NCBI RefSeq assembly: GCF_037335815.1
Contig: NZ_CP147841.1
Location: 1,234,591-1,298,590, forward strand
DNA: 64,000 nucleotides
Reading direction: 5' to 3'
Source of the DNA: Salinirubellus litoreus
GTDB taxonomy: Archaea; Halobacteriota; Halobacteria; Halobacteriales; Haloarculaceae
Shown here: positions 18,494-26,557 of the stretch, piece by piece
Numbering within the stretch: the first letter of the stretch is position 1
How the letters are laid out: each line of letters starts with the position of its first letter
Notes under the pieces: model-generated
The model's database searches: none
Seen by the model: only the letters and a program-made list of their open reading frames with translations
What the model was told of the DNA's origin: nothing
Position numbers and translations under genes: made by a program

Positions 18494-20329
18494 ATGGTTC
18501 AGATAGCCGTACTGGTGGTGCTTTCGCTGGTAACGTTCACGATCGGGTATCTCGGGTACTCGAGGTATCTCGCCGGCTTCGTCGAACTCGACGACGAGAA
18601 GGAGACGCCAGCACACAAGTACGAGGACGGCCAGGAGTACGTCCCGGCGAAGAAACCCGTGTTGCTGGGACACCACTACTCCAGCATCGCGGGTGGGGCA
18701 CCCATCGTCGGGCCGATCACGGCCGGGGCGGCGTTCGGGTGGCTCCCCGCCATCCTGTGGATCGCCATCGGCAACCCGCTGTTCGGCGCGGTCCACGACT
18801 TCATGTCGCTCTCGGCGAGCGTGCGCCACGAGGGTAAGTCGATCGGCTACATCATCGGCGAGTACGTCGGCAAGCGGGGGAAGGACATGCTGCTGTGGTT
18901 CGCCTTCCTGACGATCATCCTGGTCATCGCCGTGTTCGCGCTGGTGGTCGCCGTCGTCTTCAACGCGTTCCCGTCCTCGGCGACGGCGAGCGCCATCTAC
19001 ATCGCGCTCGCGCTGGTCTTCGGGGTCTACCTCTACCAGCTCGACCTGCCGTTCCTGCCCGGCGCGGTGGCGTTCGTCGCCATGGTGTTCGCCGGCGTCT
19101 GGGTCGGCCTCCAGTACCCCATCGCGATGGTCGCCTCCGAGTCGACGGCCCCCGACGTCATCGTGCTGCTCGGCTCGGCGTCGAGCTGGGACTGGCTCCC
19201 GCTGGCGAGTTCGCTCGGCGCGAACGTCGCCGCCTGGGTGCCGGTCGTCTGTATCTACGGGTTCATCGCCAGCGTCCTGCCCGTGTGGGTGCTGCTCCAG
19301 CCCCGCGACTTCCTCACGTCGAGCCTGCTGTACGTCGGCGTCGGCGGGATGCTCCTCGGGATCCTCGTCGCCACGGGCATCTCGCTGTTCGGCGGCGGCT
19401 TCTCGGTGGTCTACGACGGGACGACGTACACGTCCCTGGAGACGAGCCTCCCGGCGTTCACCGGGTTCACCAGCGCGCTCGGACCCATCTTCCCGTTCCT
19501 GTTCGTCACCATCGCCTGCGGGACCATCAGCGGGTTCCACTCGCTGGTCTCCTCGGGCACCTCCGCGAAACAGCTCAACAAGGAGACCGACGCCCGCGCA
19601 ATCGGCTACGGCGCGATGCTCGGCGAGGGGCTACTGGCGACGACGGCCGTCTCGGCGCTGGCCATCGTCGGCGTGACCTCCTGGCAGGGCGGCGGCATCG
19701 TCGGCGCGCTCGCCAACTTCCCCGTCGGCGGGGCGATCATGCTCGGTGCCGGCTTCGGCATCCCCACGGCCGCGGGCGCGGCGTTCATCGGCCTCGTGTT
19801 CGTCAGCTTCCTGCTGACCAGCACGGACACCGCCGTCAGGCTCGGCCGGTACATGATGGACGAGATCGTGGGCGTCCCCGAGTCCGGTGCCGGGGAGTTC
19901 GCCACGAACAAGTACGCCAACGCCGGCATCCTGCAGGTCATCCCGGCGTACCTGCTCGTCGGCAGCGGGACGTGGTCGAGCCTCTGGCCGCTGTTCGGCG
20001 GCGCGAACCAGACGCTCGCCGCGCTCGCGCTTCTGGCCGCGACGCTCTGGCTCGCCAACTGGGACGAGAAGAAGCAGCTCATCAGCACGGGGCTGCCGAT
20101 GGCGCTGATGCTCGTCATCACCGTCACGGCGCTGCTGTGGATCGGCCTCTACCGCGCGCCGCTCGCGTTCCTCGGCGCGACCGACCTCGCCTCGCAGATA
20201 TCGTTCGCCATCCAGTCGATCATCTCGCTGGTGCTGGTGGGACTCGCGGTCTCGGTGGCCTGGATGGGCTACAAGAACATCCGGAACGTCCGGGACAGCT
20301 ACACCGGCGCGGTCACGAGCGACGACTGA
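18494..20329 (+). CDS. cstA: carbon starvation protein CstA (peptide/pyruvate transporter family)
   Basis: 611 aa polytopic membrane protein; HHYSSIAGGAPIVGPI and GNPLFGAVHDFMSL motifs characteristic of CstA. Confidence 0.9.
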   Translation: MVQIAVLVVLSLVTFTIGYLGYSRYLAGFVELDDEKETPAHKYEDGQEYVPAKKPVLLGHHYSSIAGGAPIVGPITAGAAFGWLPAILWIAIGNPLFGAVHDFMSLSASVRHEGKSIGYIIGEYVGKRGKDMLLWFAFLTIILVIAVFALVVAVVFNAFPSSATASAIYIALALVFGVYLYQLDLPFLPGAVAFVAMVFAGVWVGLQYPIAMVASESTAPDVIVLLGSASSWDWLPLASSLGANVAAWVPVVCIYGFIASVLPVWVLLQPRDFLTSSLLYVGVGGMLLGILVATGISLFGGGFSVVYDGTTYTSLETSLPAFTGFTSALGPIFPFLFVTIACGTISGFHSLVSSGTSAKQLNKETDARAIGYGAMLGEGLLATTAVSALAIVGVTSWQGGGIVGALANFPVGGAIMLGAGFGIPTAAGAAFIGLVFVSFLLTSTDTAVRLGRYMMDEIVGVPESGAGEFATNKYANAGILQVIPAYLLVGSGTWSSLWPLFGGANQTLAALALLAATLWLANWDEKKQLISTGLPMALMLVITVTALLWIGLYRAPLAFLGATDLASQISFAIQSIISLVLVGLAVSVAWMGYKNIRNVRDSYTGAVTSDD

Positions 20330-20933
20330 ACCCGAGCAGCGACCTGAACCGTCCGAGCACTCCGCTCTCGCCGTCTCCCTTCTCCCCTCCCTCGGACCAC
20401 AGCCGGAAGGCGGCCGCCACGTCCGCCCCCGGACTCGCCACGACGGTCTCGTTTTCCGGGGAGACGACGACGAACCGGAGCCAGTAGTGGCCGTGGTAGC
20501 CGTACGAGAGCAGCGTCCGCGACTCGAGGTCGACGACCCGCTCTCCGACCTCCTCCGGGATCTCGGGGACGACGAGCGCGAAGACGAACTCCGTCTCGTA
20601 GTGGCGCTCGTCGGGGTCGATCCACTCCTCGGCCAGCGTCTCGCCCAGGTCCGCGAGCCGGTCGAGGTCCGCGGCCGTGACGCCGTCGGCCCGGCGGACG
20701 AACAGGTGTCCGACCTTCTCGTGGTGGCCGTAGGAGATCGACGGGTGGAGGAACTGCTTGTGGTTCTCGACCTCCAGCCGCCCGTAGAGCCCGAACCGCT
20801 CGCCGTCCACCCGTCGGTCCTTCTCGAGGTCGTAGCTGTACATCAGCCGGTCGCTCACCCGGTCGAGGTACTCGTCCTCCCAGTCGGGCACCCCGGAGAC
20901 CGTCCCCCCCCGCCGGACGGGCGTCACCGTCAC
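20313..20933 (-). CDS. hypothetical conserved haloarchaeal protein (206 aa)
   Basis: acidic GC3-rich ORF; 17-nt convergent overlap with cstA 3' end; no recognisable domain. Confidence 0.55.
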   Translation of the reverse strand: MTVTPVRRGGTVSGVPDWEDEYLDRVSDRLMYSYDLEKDRRVDGERFGLYGRLEVENHKQFLHPSISYGHHEKVGHLFVRRADGVTAADLDRLADLGETLAEEWIDPDERHYETEFVFALVVPEIPEEVGERVVDLESRTLLSYGYHGHYWLRFVVVSPENETVVASPGADVAAAFRLWSEGGEKGDGESGVLGRFRSLLGFSRRS

Positions 20934-21009
20934 TCATACTCCCGAGTCCGCGCCCGTTCGGCAAAACCCCATCGGGGTTCCGCAACCGGTGTGGGGTGGC
21001 CCATCGGGT

Positions 21010-21293
21010 GGGACTGAAAGGGGCCGCGCGTGGCGGCTCCGCCGTGGTACGAGAGACGCGAAGCGTCTCTCGTCACTGAGCGAATCGGAGATTCGCGAGG
21101 TCTGCGAACGCGGCGCGTTCGCCCGATCACGAAACGGCTCCGCCGTTTCGAACGACCGCGACCGTTCGAGGCCGGCGTTGCCGGTCTCGCGCTGGCTCCG
21201 GTCGCGCGGCTCGCGGCGCTCCTCGCCTTCCTGCGGTCGGCTGCGGTGCTTACGTCGCCGTGCTTCCCGGAGCCAGCGGGGGCTTTCGAGGTG
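21010..21293. repeat. 284-bp monomer copy of the palindromic intergenic repeat family (see 11528-11913, 25537-25712)
   Basis: termini GGGACTGAAAGGGGCC (21010-21025) and CGGGGGCTTTCGAGGTG (21277-21293); interior collinear with reverse complement of right arm of element at 11.7 kb (ACCGTTCGAGGCCGGCGTTGCCGGTCTCGCGCTG, GCGGTGCTT) with a ~100-bp insertion. Confidence 0.7.
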
Positions 21294-21417
21294 CTCCTGT
21301 CTGAAGTGAGATTGCTGGAAACACCTCGGGAGTCCCCGACGCGACCTACTGTGGGCTCGGACGTTCGAACCCCCCACGAGGGCCAGAGCTAAGTTCCCAC
21401 GCGAATTGATAGCGCGT

Positions 21418-21626
21418 ATGGGCAAGACCGAGGAGAACACCGAGACCTGCGGTCGGTGTGCGATGAGTTCGGTCGCGGGCGTGATGGAGGGGGGAGCACG
21501 ACCCGTTCGCCGAGGGCGGGATCGAGGTCGACGACCGCGAACTGCGGACGGTCTCGCCGGGGGTCTGGCTCGGGCGCGTGAAGACCCGGCTCGACGACTG
21601 GGCGACCCGTCTCACGTACGGTCGGT
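21418..21626 (+). CDS. small CxxC protein with apparent frame break at a G6 homopolymer (about 21489-21494); second half continues in +1 frame to stop at 21624-21626
   Basis: frame A MGKTEENTETCGRCAMSSVAGVMEGG then frame B EHDPFAEGGIEVDDRELRTVSPGVWLGRVKTRLDDWATRLTYGR*, both GC3-rich; one extra G would restore a 69-aa ORF; track ORF 21406..21693 continues in R-rich frame. Confidence 0.35.
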
Positions 21627-21706
21627 GAGACGGACGTCGGACAACCGTTCGGTGATCGACACGCGACAAGACGTATTACCCTTCGTACCGTAATCCCGTC
21701 AACCGA

Positions 21707-22402
21707 ATGGAAGAGAGCGTCTCGGGATTCAAGGAACGCGGGTCGTGGGCGGACATCGTCGAACACGGCGAGCGGGTCACGCGGGCACTGAAGGACCTCG
21801 CCGGCGAGGACCACCACGTCCCCGGCGGACCCCTCGCGGAGTGGGACGAGTGGCGTCCGAAGGTCGAGGAGCGCCTCGACGAGGACGTCTCGGAGAAGAC
21901 CGCCGAACAGGCCGCCGTCGCCGAGGGCGAGGGCGAGCGCGCCGGGAAGGAGCCCAACGAGGACGTCCAGACCGCCGGCGAGAAACTCACCGAGTCCTAC
22001 GAGAGCCTCGACGAGCCCGACCAGGCGGTCGAGAAGGCCGGCGAGTCGATCGACTACATCAAGCGGGCCGCCGATTCGGCCGGTCGGCGGGCGATACGGG
22101 CCGTCGAAGGCACGGTCTACAAGACGGTCATGACGCAGGTCTCGCCGTACTACTTCGACAACGAACTCGTCAGCGCGAACGTCCGCCGGGCCGGCCGGGA
22201 CGACTACGTCTTCGAGGTGAACGTCAACGACGACGACCTGAAGATCCACGTCTCGAACAGGCTGGCCGACCTCGAACAGTCCGTCGAGCGCTGGCACGTC
22301 GACACGGAGAAGGAGGTCGAACACGCCGCCGTCGCCGAGGGGGCCGAGGAGGTCCTCGACGACGCCGGGACCGACGGTCGCTCGCGTCCACACTCGAACT
22401 GA
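21707..22402 (+). CDS. hypothetical acidic protein (231 aa)
   Basis: strongly acidic, GC3-rich, ATG start; no recognised domain. Confidence 0.6.
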   Translation: MEESVSGFKERGSWADIVEHGERVTRALKDLAGEDHHVPGGPLAEWDEWRPKVEERLDEDVSEKTAEQAAVAEGEGERAGKEPNEDVQTAGEKLTESYESLDEPDQAVEKAGESIDYIKRAADSAGRRAIRAVEGTVYKTVMTQVSPYYFDNELVSANVRRAGRDDYVFEVNVNDDDLKIHVSNRLADLEQSVERWHVDTEKEVEHAAVAEGAEEVLDDAGTDGRSRPHSN

Positions 22403-22471
22403 GCGGTCGCGGCCCGCCGTCCACCCCGCGCTCGTCCTCGCGGGTCGGCGTAGCGAACGGTTGCAACCACC

Positions 22472-22499
22472 GCGCTTCTCGCGGGTCGCTTCGCTCCCC
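22472..22499. repeat. 28-bp inverted repeat, left copy (CGCTTCTCGCGGGTCGCTTCGCTCCCCG); partner at 23702-23729
   Basis: reverse complement of 23702-23729 matches 27/28; pair flanks M29 aminopeptidase gene. Confidence 0.6.
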
Positions 22500-22580
22500 G
22501 CTCGCTATGTGGAGACTCTCCCTTCGGTCGAGTCTCCCGCTTCCGAAACCTGTTTCCACCGACCACACGACGTGGTGAGC

Positions 22581-23660
22581 ATGGACCCGCGCATCCGCGA
22601 ACACGCAGAGGTCATCGTCGACCACTCCGTCGACCTGCAGGAGGGGGACAACGTCGTCGTCGTCGCGCCGTCGGTCGCCGAGGACCTCGTCGTCGCGCTC
22701 CACGAACTCATCGGGGACCGTGGCGCGAACCCGGTGTCGCTCGACGGCTCCACCCGCGCGGCCCGGGCGTTCATGCGGGCTTCGGACCCGGAGGACTTCG
22801 AGCTTCCGAGCCACCAGATGGCGCTCTACGAGGAGATGGACGCCTACATCGCCATCCGGGGGCAGACGAACGCGACCGAGACCAGCGACGTCGATCCCGA
22901 GATCATGGCCGCCCGCCAGCGGGCCCACCAGCCGATGCTCGACGAGCGTCTGGGGAAGCGCTGGGTCGGCACGCAGTTCCCCACGCAGGCACAGGCCCAG
23001 CTCGCCGAGATGTCCACCGAGGGCTACGAGAACTTCGTCTGGGACGCCACGATCAAGGACTGGGATGCGGTCCGCGAACACCAGGAACAGCTGGTCGAGA
23101 TCCTCGACCCCGCCGACGAGATCCGGATCGTCTCCGGCGAGACGACCGAGGTGACCATGAGCATCGCCGGCAACCCCTGTCTCAACGACTACGGCGAGAA
23201 GAACCTCCCCGGCGGGGAGGTCTTTACCGCACCCGTCCCCGACAGCGTCGAGGGCGAGGTGCTGTTCGACAAGCCCGTCTACCAGCAGGGTCGGGAGGTC
23301 AACGGTGCGAGGCTCGTCTTCGAGGACGGCGAGGTGGTCGACCACTCCGCCGAGAAGAACGAGGCGGTCCTGACGAGCATCCTGAACACCGACGAGGGCG
23401 CTCGTCGACTCGGGGAGCTCGGTATCGGGATGAACCGCTCGATCGATCAGTTCACGTACAACATGCTGTTCGACGAGAAAATGGGCGACACGGTCCACAT
23501 GGCGACCGGCAGAGCCTACGAGGACACGGTGGGCGAGGGCAACGAGCGCAACGACTCGGCGACCCACGTCGACATGATCGTCGACATGAGTGAGGACTCG
23601 TTCATTGAGGTCGACGGCGAAGTGGTGCAACGGGACGGGACGTTCGTGTTCGAGGAGTGA
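22581..23660 (+). CDS. M29 family aminopeptidase (aminopeptidase T/PepS-like)
   Basis: ATG verified at 22581; 359 aa with MATGRAYEDTVGEGNERNDSATHVDMIVDM C-terminal metal-binding region typical of M29 (AmpS/AmpT). Confidence 0.75.
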   Translation: MDPRIREHAEVIVDHSVDLQEGDNVVVVAPSVAEDLVVALHELIGDRGANPVSLDGSTRAARAFMRASDPEDFELPSHQMALYEEMDAYIAIRGQTNATETSDVDPEIMAARQRAHQPMLDERLGKRWVGTQFPTQAQAQLAEMSTEGYENFVWDATIKDWDAVREHQEQLVEILDPADEIRIVSGETTEVTMSIAGNPCLNDYGEKNLPGGEVFTAPVPDSVEGEVLFDKPVYQQGREVNGARLVFEDGEVVDHSAEKNEAVLTSILNTDEGARRLGELGIGMNRSIDQFTYNMLFDEKMGDTVHMATGRAYEDTVGEGNERNDSATHVDMIVDMSEDSFIEVDGEVVQRDGTFVFEE

Positions 23661-23701
23661 GTGGCCGTAGCGACCGTAGGGAGCGAGGCCTCTGTACCGA
23701 A

Positions 23702-23729
23702 CGGGGAGCGGAGCGACCCGCGAGAAGCG
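23702..23729. repeat. 28-bp inverted repeat, right copy (CGGGGAGCGGAGCGACCCGCGAGAAGCG)
   Basis: see 22472-22499; also lies within a ~50-nt imperfect direct repeat (23653-23705 vs 23799-23850) that duplicates the gene's terminal TTCGAGGAGT(G/A)AGTGGCC. Confidence 0.6.
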
Positions 23730-23865
23730 TGAGGCGCTCGCTCCACTCGCGCCTCGGAGATACGAGCGGCGACCAGCGGGAGCCGCGAGTATGGATTCGA
23801 GGAGTAGAGTGGCCCGAGCGAAGCGAGTGAGGCCCTCACCGAACGGCGAGGCGTCGCTCGGCGCG

Positions 23866-24162
23866 TCAGTCCTCTTCTATCGCCCCGCTCTCGGCCATCA
23901 GTTGCGCGGATCTGAGGCAGTCCTCGGCGACCCGCTCCAGCGGGTAGTCCTCGAAGTACCGGTGCATCAGGAGCATCTGCATCCCCACCAGGTTCGCGTA
24001 GGGCGTGTTGTCGTCCGCGGACCCGACGTGGCTCTGGATGGAGAGCTCGTCCCCGGAGCCCTCGACGGTCTCGCTCGCGACGAAGACGAAGTCGTCGTCC
24101 TCGTCGAGCTCCTCGATCGTCTCGATCACGTTTCCTTTGGCGTCTTCGAAACCGGACGACAT
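23866..24162 (-). CDS. small acidic hypothetical protein (98 aa)
   Basis: ATG at complement 24160-24162 (MSSGFEDAKGNVIETIEELDEDDDFVFV...); longer track ORF start overlaps tRNA and is rejected. Confidence 0.5.
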   Translation of the reverse strand: MSSGFEDAKGNVIETIEELDEDDDFVFVASETVEGSGDELSIQSHVGSADDNTPYANLVGMQMLLMHRYFEDYPLERVAEDCLRSAQLMAESGAIEED

Positions 24163-24230
24163 TGTGCGGTCGATGGTTCGGGGAGTGAAACGGCTTGTGG
24201 TCGGCAGCGCAGTGAGCGAACGCCCCGGGA

Positions 24231-24305
24231 CGAGCACGGTGGGATTCGAACCCACGGCCATCGGATTAGAAGTCCGACGCTCTGTCCTAGCTGAGCTACG
24301 TGCCC
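24231..24305 (-). tRNA. tRNA-Arg (anticodon UCU)
   Basis: reverse complement GGGCACGTAGCTCAGCTAGGACAGAGCGTCGGACTTCTAATCCGATGGCCGTGGGTTCGAATCCCACCGTGCTCG folds as cloverleaf: 7-bp acceptor stem, D-loop AGCTAGG, anticodon loop CU-UCU-AA, T-loop GTTCGAATC; no encoded CCA. Confidence 0.9.
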
Positions 24306-24452
24306 TCGGCGCGTCGTAGCGCCGCCGCGGTCAAAAGCGGTTGGGATTCCCCCTCCTAGCGACGTCGGTCTCCGTCCACCTCCTCGACGCTCTCCGGAGT
24401 ATCGGAGCCCGGGACCGCAAGCCACCTAACCCGTCCCGTCGACCCCTCTCCC

Positions 24453-25502
24453 GTGCAGACCACCCACGAGGTCCACGTCGGGGACGCCCGCGATCTCTCA
24501 CTCCCCGACGACTCGATCGAACTCGTCGTCACCTCGCCGCCGTACCCGATGATCGAGATGTGGGACGCGTCGTTCGCGGCGCAGGACTCCCGGATCCGCG
24601 ACGCGCTCTCGGCGGAGGAGGGCGACCGGGCGTTCGACCTGATGCACGACCTGCTCGACGACGCGTGGGCCGAGGTCGCCCGTGTGCTCGTCCCCGGCGG
24701 AATCGCGGTCGTGAACGTGGGTGATGCGACCCGGACGGTCGGTGACACCTTCTCCCAGTACCCGAACCACGTCGAGATTACCCGGAGACTCCGCGGACAC
24801 GGGCTCTCGGCGCTCCCCGATATCGTCTGGCGCAAGCCGACGAACTCGGCGGCGAAGTTCATGGGCAGCGGGATGCTCCCGCCGAACGCCTACCCGACCC
24901 TCGAACACGAGCATCTCCTGGTGTTCCGGAACGGCGACACCCGCTCGTTCCCGCCCGGCGACGACGCCCGGTACGGGTCGGCCTACTTCTGGGAGGAGCG
25001 AAACGAGTGGTTCTCGGACCTCTGGGAGATCACCGGGACGCGCCAGTCCCTCCCCGGCGAGGTCCGGGCACGCTCGGGGGCGTTCCCGCTCGACCTCCCG
25101 CTGCGGCTGGTGCTGATGTTCTCCGTCTACGGCGACACCGTACTCGACCCCTTCTGGGGGACCGGGACGACCTCGATGGCGGCGCTCGTCGCCGGACGGA
25201 ACTCCGCGGGCGTCGAGCGCGAACCCGATCTGGTGGGGGCGTTCGCCGAGCGGGTCGGCGAGGCTCCCCGCATCTCGGAGGCGTTGGCGACCGAGCGACT
25301 GGATCGCCACCGGGAGTTCGTGACCGAGCGGCGGTCGGACGGTGGGGAGCCGGGATACGAGGCCGAACACTACGACTTTCCGGTGGTCACGAAACAGGAG
25401 CGGTCGATCCAGCTTCGGGTCGTCGAGTCGGTCGGGCGAGAGAACACCGATGGCGAGGAGGACGCGACGAACCGATGGGTGGCCCAGCACGTGACGATGT
25501 AG
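24453..25502 (+). CDS. beta-class DNA methyltransferase (N4-cytosine/N6-adenine type; probable orphan, Zim/CTAG-MTase-like)
   Basis: motif IV TSPPYP near N-terminus followed by motif I DPFWGTGTT near residue 230 (circular permutation class beta); no adjacent restriction endonuclease; GTG start. Confidence 0.8.
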   Translation: MQTTHEVHVGDARDLSLPDDSIELVVTSPPYPMIEMWDASFAAQDSRIRDALSAEEGDRAFDLMHDLLDDAWAEVARVLVPGGIAVVNVGDATRTVGDTFSQYPNHVEITRRLRGHGLSALPDIVWRKPTNSAAKFMGSGMLPPNAYPTLEHEHLLVFRNGDTRSFPPGDDARYGSAYFWEERNEWFSDLWEITGTRQSLPGEVRARSGAFPLDLPLRLVLMFSVYGDTVLDPFWGTGTTSMAALVAGRNSAGVEREPDLVGAFAERVGEAPRISEALATERLDRHREFVTERRSDGGEPGYEAEHYDFPVVTKQERSIQLRVVESVGRENTDGEEDATNRWVAQHVTM

Positions 25503-25536
25503 GGGCCAGTGCGTGCTACTTCGGATACGTCTGCAA

Positions 25537-25712
25537 CACCTCGAAAGCCCCGAGTCGCTAGGGGAAGGCGGACGACGCGGGGACCGCAGGCCGAAGGCAG
25601 AGGAGCGCAACGACCCGGAAGCCGAGCGAGACGGCTTTGCCGTCTCGCTGGCCGTGCGAACGGGCGGCTTTGCCGCCCGTGAGCAGACGTAGCCGTCGGG
25701 GGCTTTCGAGGT
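25537..25712. repeat. 176-bp compact copy of the palindromic intergenic repeat family with perfect 16-17-bp terminal inverted repeats
   Basis: CACCTCGAAAGCCCCG (25537-25552) ... CGGGGGCTTTCGAGGTG (25696-25712); interior GGGGAAGGCGGACGACG, CCGAAGGC, GAGGAGCGCA, hairpin CGGGCGG-CTTTG-CCGCCCG homologous to left arm of 11.5-kb element. Confidence 0.7.
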
Positions 25713-25809
25713 GTTCCCAACTGCTGTCGCGGCTCACGACTCGTAGGCGATGCACCACCCTCACGAAACCCCACGCGCTTTAGTCGGGACCTCACGAAAC
25801 CCACCGTAC

Positions 25810-26487
25810 ATGGACCTCTCGTTCGACGAGTTCGTCCTCGCGGCGGCCACCGCCGACCTCTCCGAGGAGCCGGCGGCCCGCGAGCACGCCGACTGCGTCG
25901 AGTTCCGGATGGACCTCGCCGGAGGTGACCCGCTCGATGCTCTCTCGGGATACGACGGGGAGCTCCCGCTGCTCGTCACCGATCGCCCGGAGTGGGAGGG
26001 TGGCGAGGCGGCCGACGAGGGCCGGATCGAGGACCTCGTCGCGGCGGTCGAGCACGAGGCCGTCGCGGCGGTCGACGTCGAACTCCACGAGGTGGCCGGC
26101 GGGGACGGCCTCGACGTCGTGGAGGCCGCCCGGGAGTCGGGGACGAAAGTGGTCGTCTCGGTCCACGACTTCGAGGGGACGCCGCCACGGAGCGAGCTCC
26201 GGCGGCTCGTCGAGCGGGCGAGCGAGTACGGCGACGTCGCGAAGCTCGCGGTCACGGCCGAGAGCCCCGACGACACGCTCGCGCTGCTGGCGGTGACGCG
26301 GGCGCACGCCTCCGCGGGGCGAACGCTGGCGACGATGGCGATGGGCGAGGCCGGTCGGCACACGCGCGTCGTCGCGCCGCTGTACGGTTCCCGGATCGGC
26401 TACGCGCCGGTCGACCCGTCGCGGGCGACCGCGCCCGGCCAGTACGAGCTCGGGACGCTCTCGCGGCTGGTCGACGAACTCCGCTGA
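25810..26487 (+). CDS. aroD: 3-dehydroquinate dehydratase type I
   Basis: ATG verified at 25810; 225 aa; conserved catalytic Lys/His context (VEFRMD, VSVHDFEGTP, AKLAVTA) typical of AroD. Confidence 0.85.
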   Translation: MDLSFDEFVLAAATADLSEEPAAREHADCVEFRMDLAGGDPLDALSGYDGELPLLVTDRPEWEGGEAADEGRIEDLVAAVEHEAVAAVDVELHEVAGGDGLDVVEAARESGTKVVVSVHDFEGTPPRSELRRLVERASEYGDVAKLAVTAESPDDTLALLAVTRAHASAGRTLATMAMGEAGRHTRVVAPLYGSRIGYAPVDPSRATAPGQYELGTLSRLVDELR

Positions 26488-26557
26488 GGCCCCCATTCAA
26501 GAGGGGTCGTCTACACCCGCAGAAGGCCTATGTGCGGCGGGCGGGAATCATCCGGGA

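Noticed and set aside
21355-21385. tRNA-like TTCGAACC motif (GGACGTTCGAACCCCCCACGAG) suggesting a tRNA fragment or att site
   Set aside because: No complementary T-stem or acceptor arm. The similarity to the tRNA-Arg 3' end is limited to about 9 nt, so it is not evidence of an integrated element.
23866-24261. 131-aa track ORF start for the small acidic protein
   Set aside because: The N-terminal extension overlaps tRNA-Arg on the same strand and is non-acidic. The internal ATG at 24162 is taken as the start.
21360-24305. Hypothesis of an integrated mobile element between the repeat copy at 21 kb and tRNA-Arg
   Set aside because: No integrase, recombinase or phage-like genes, and no convincing direct repeat of the tRNA 3' end. 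The gene content is housekeeping-like (aminopeptidase, small proteins).
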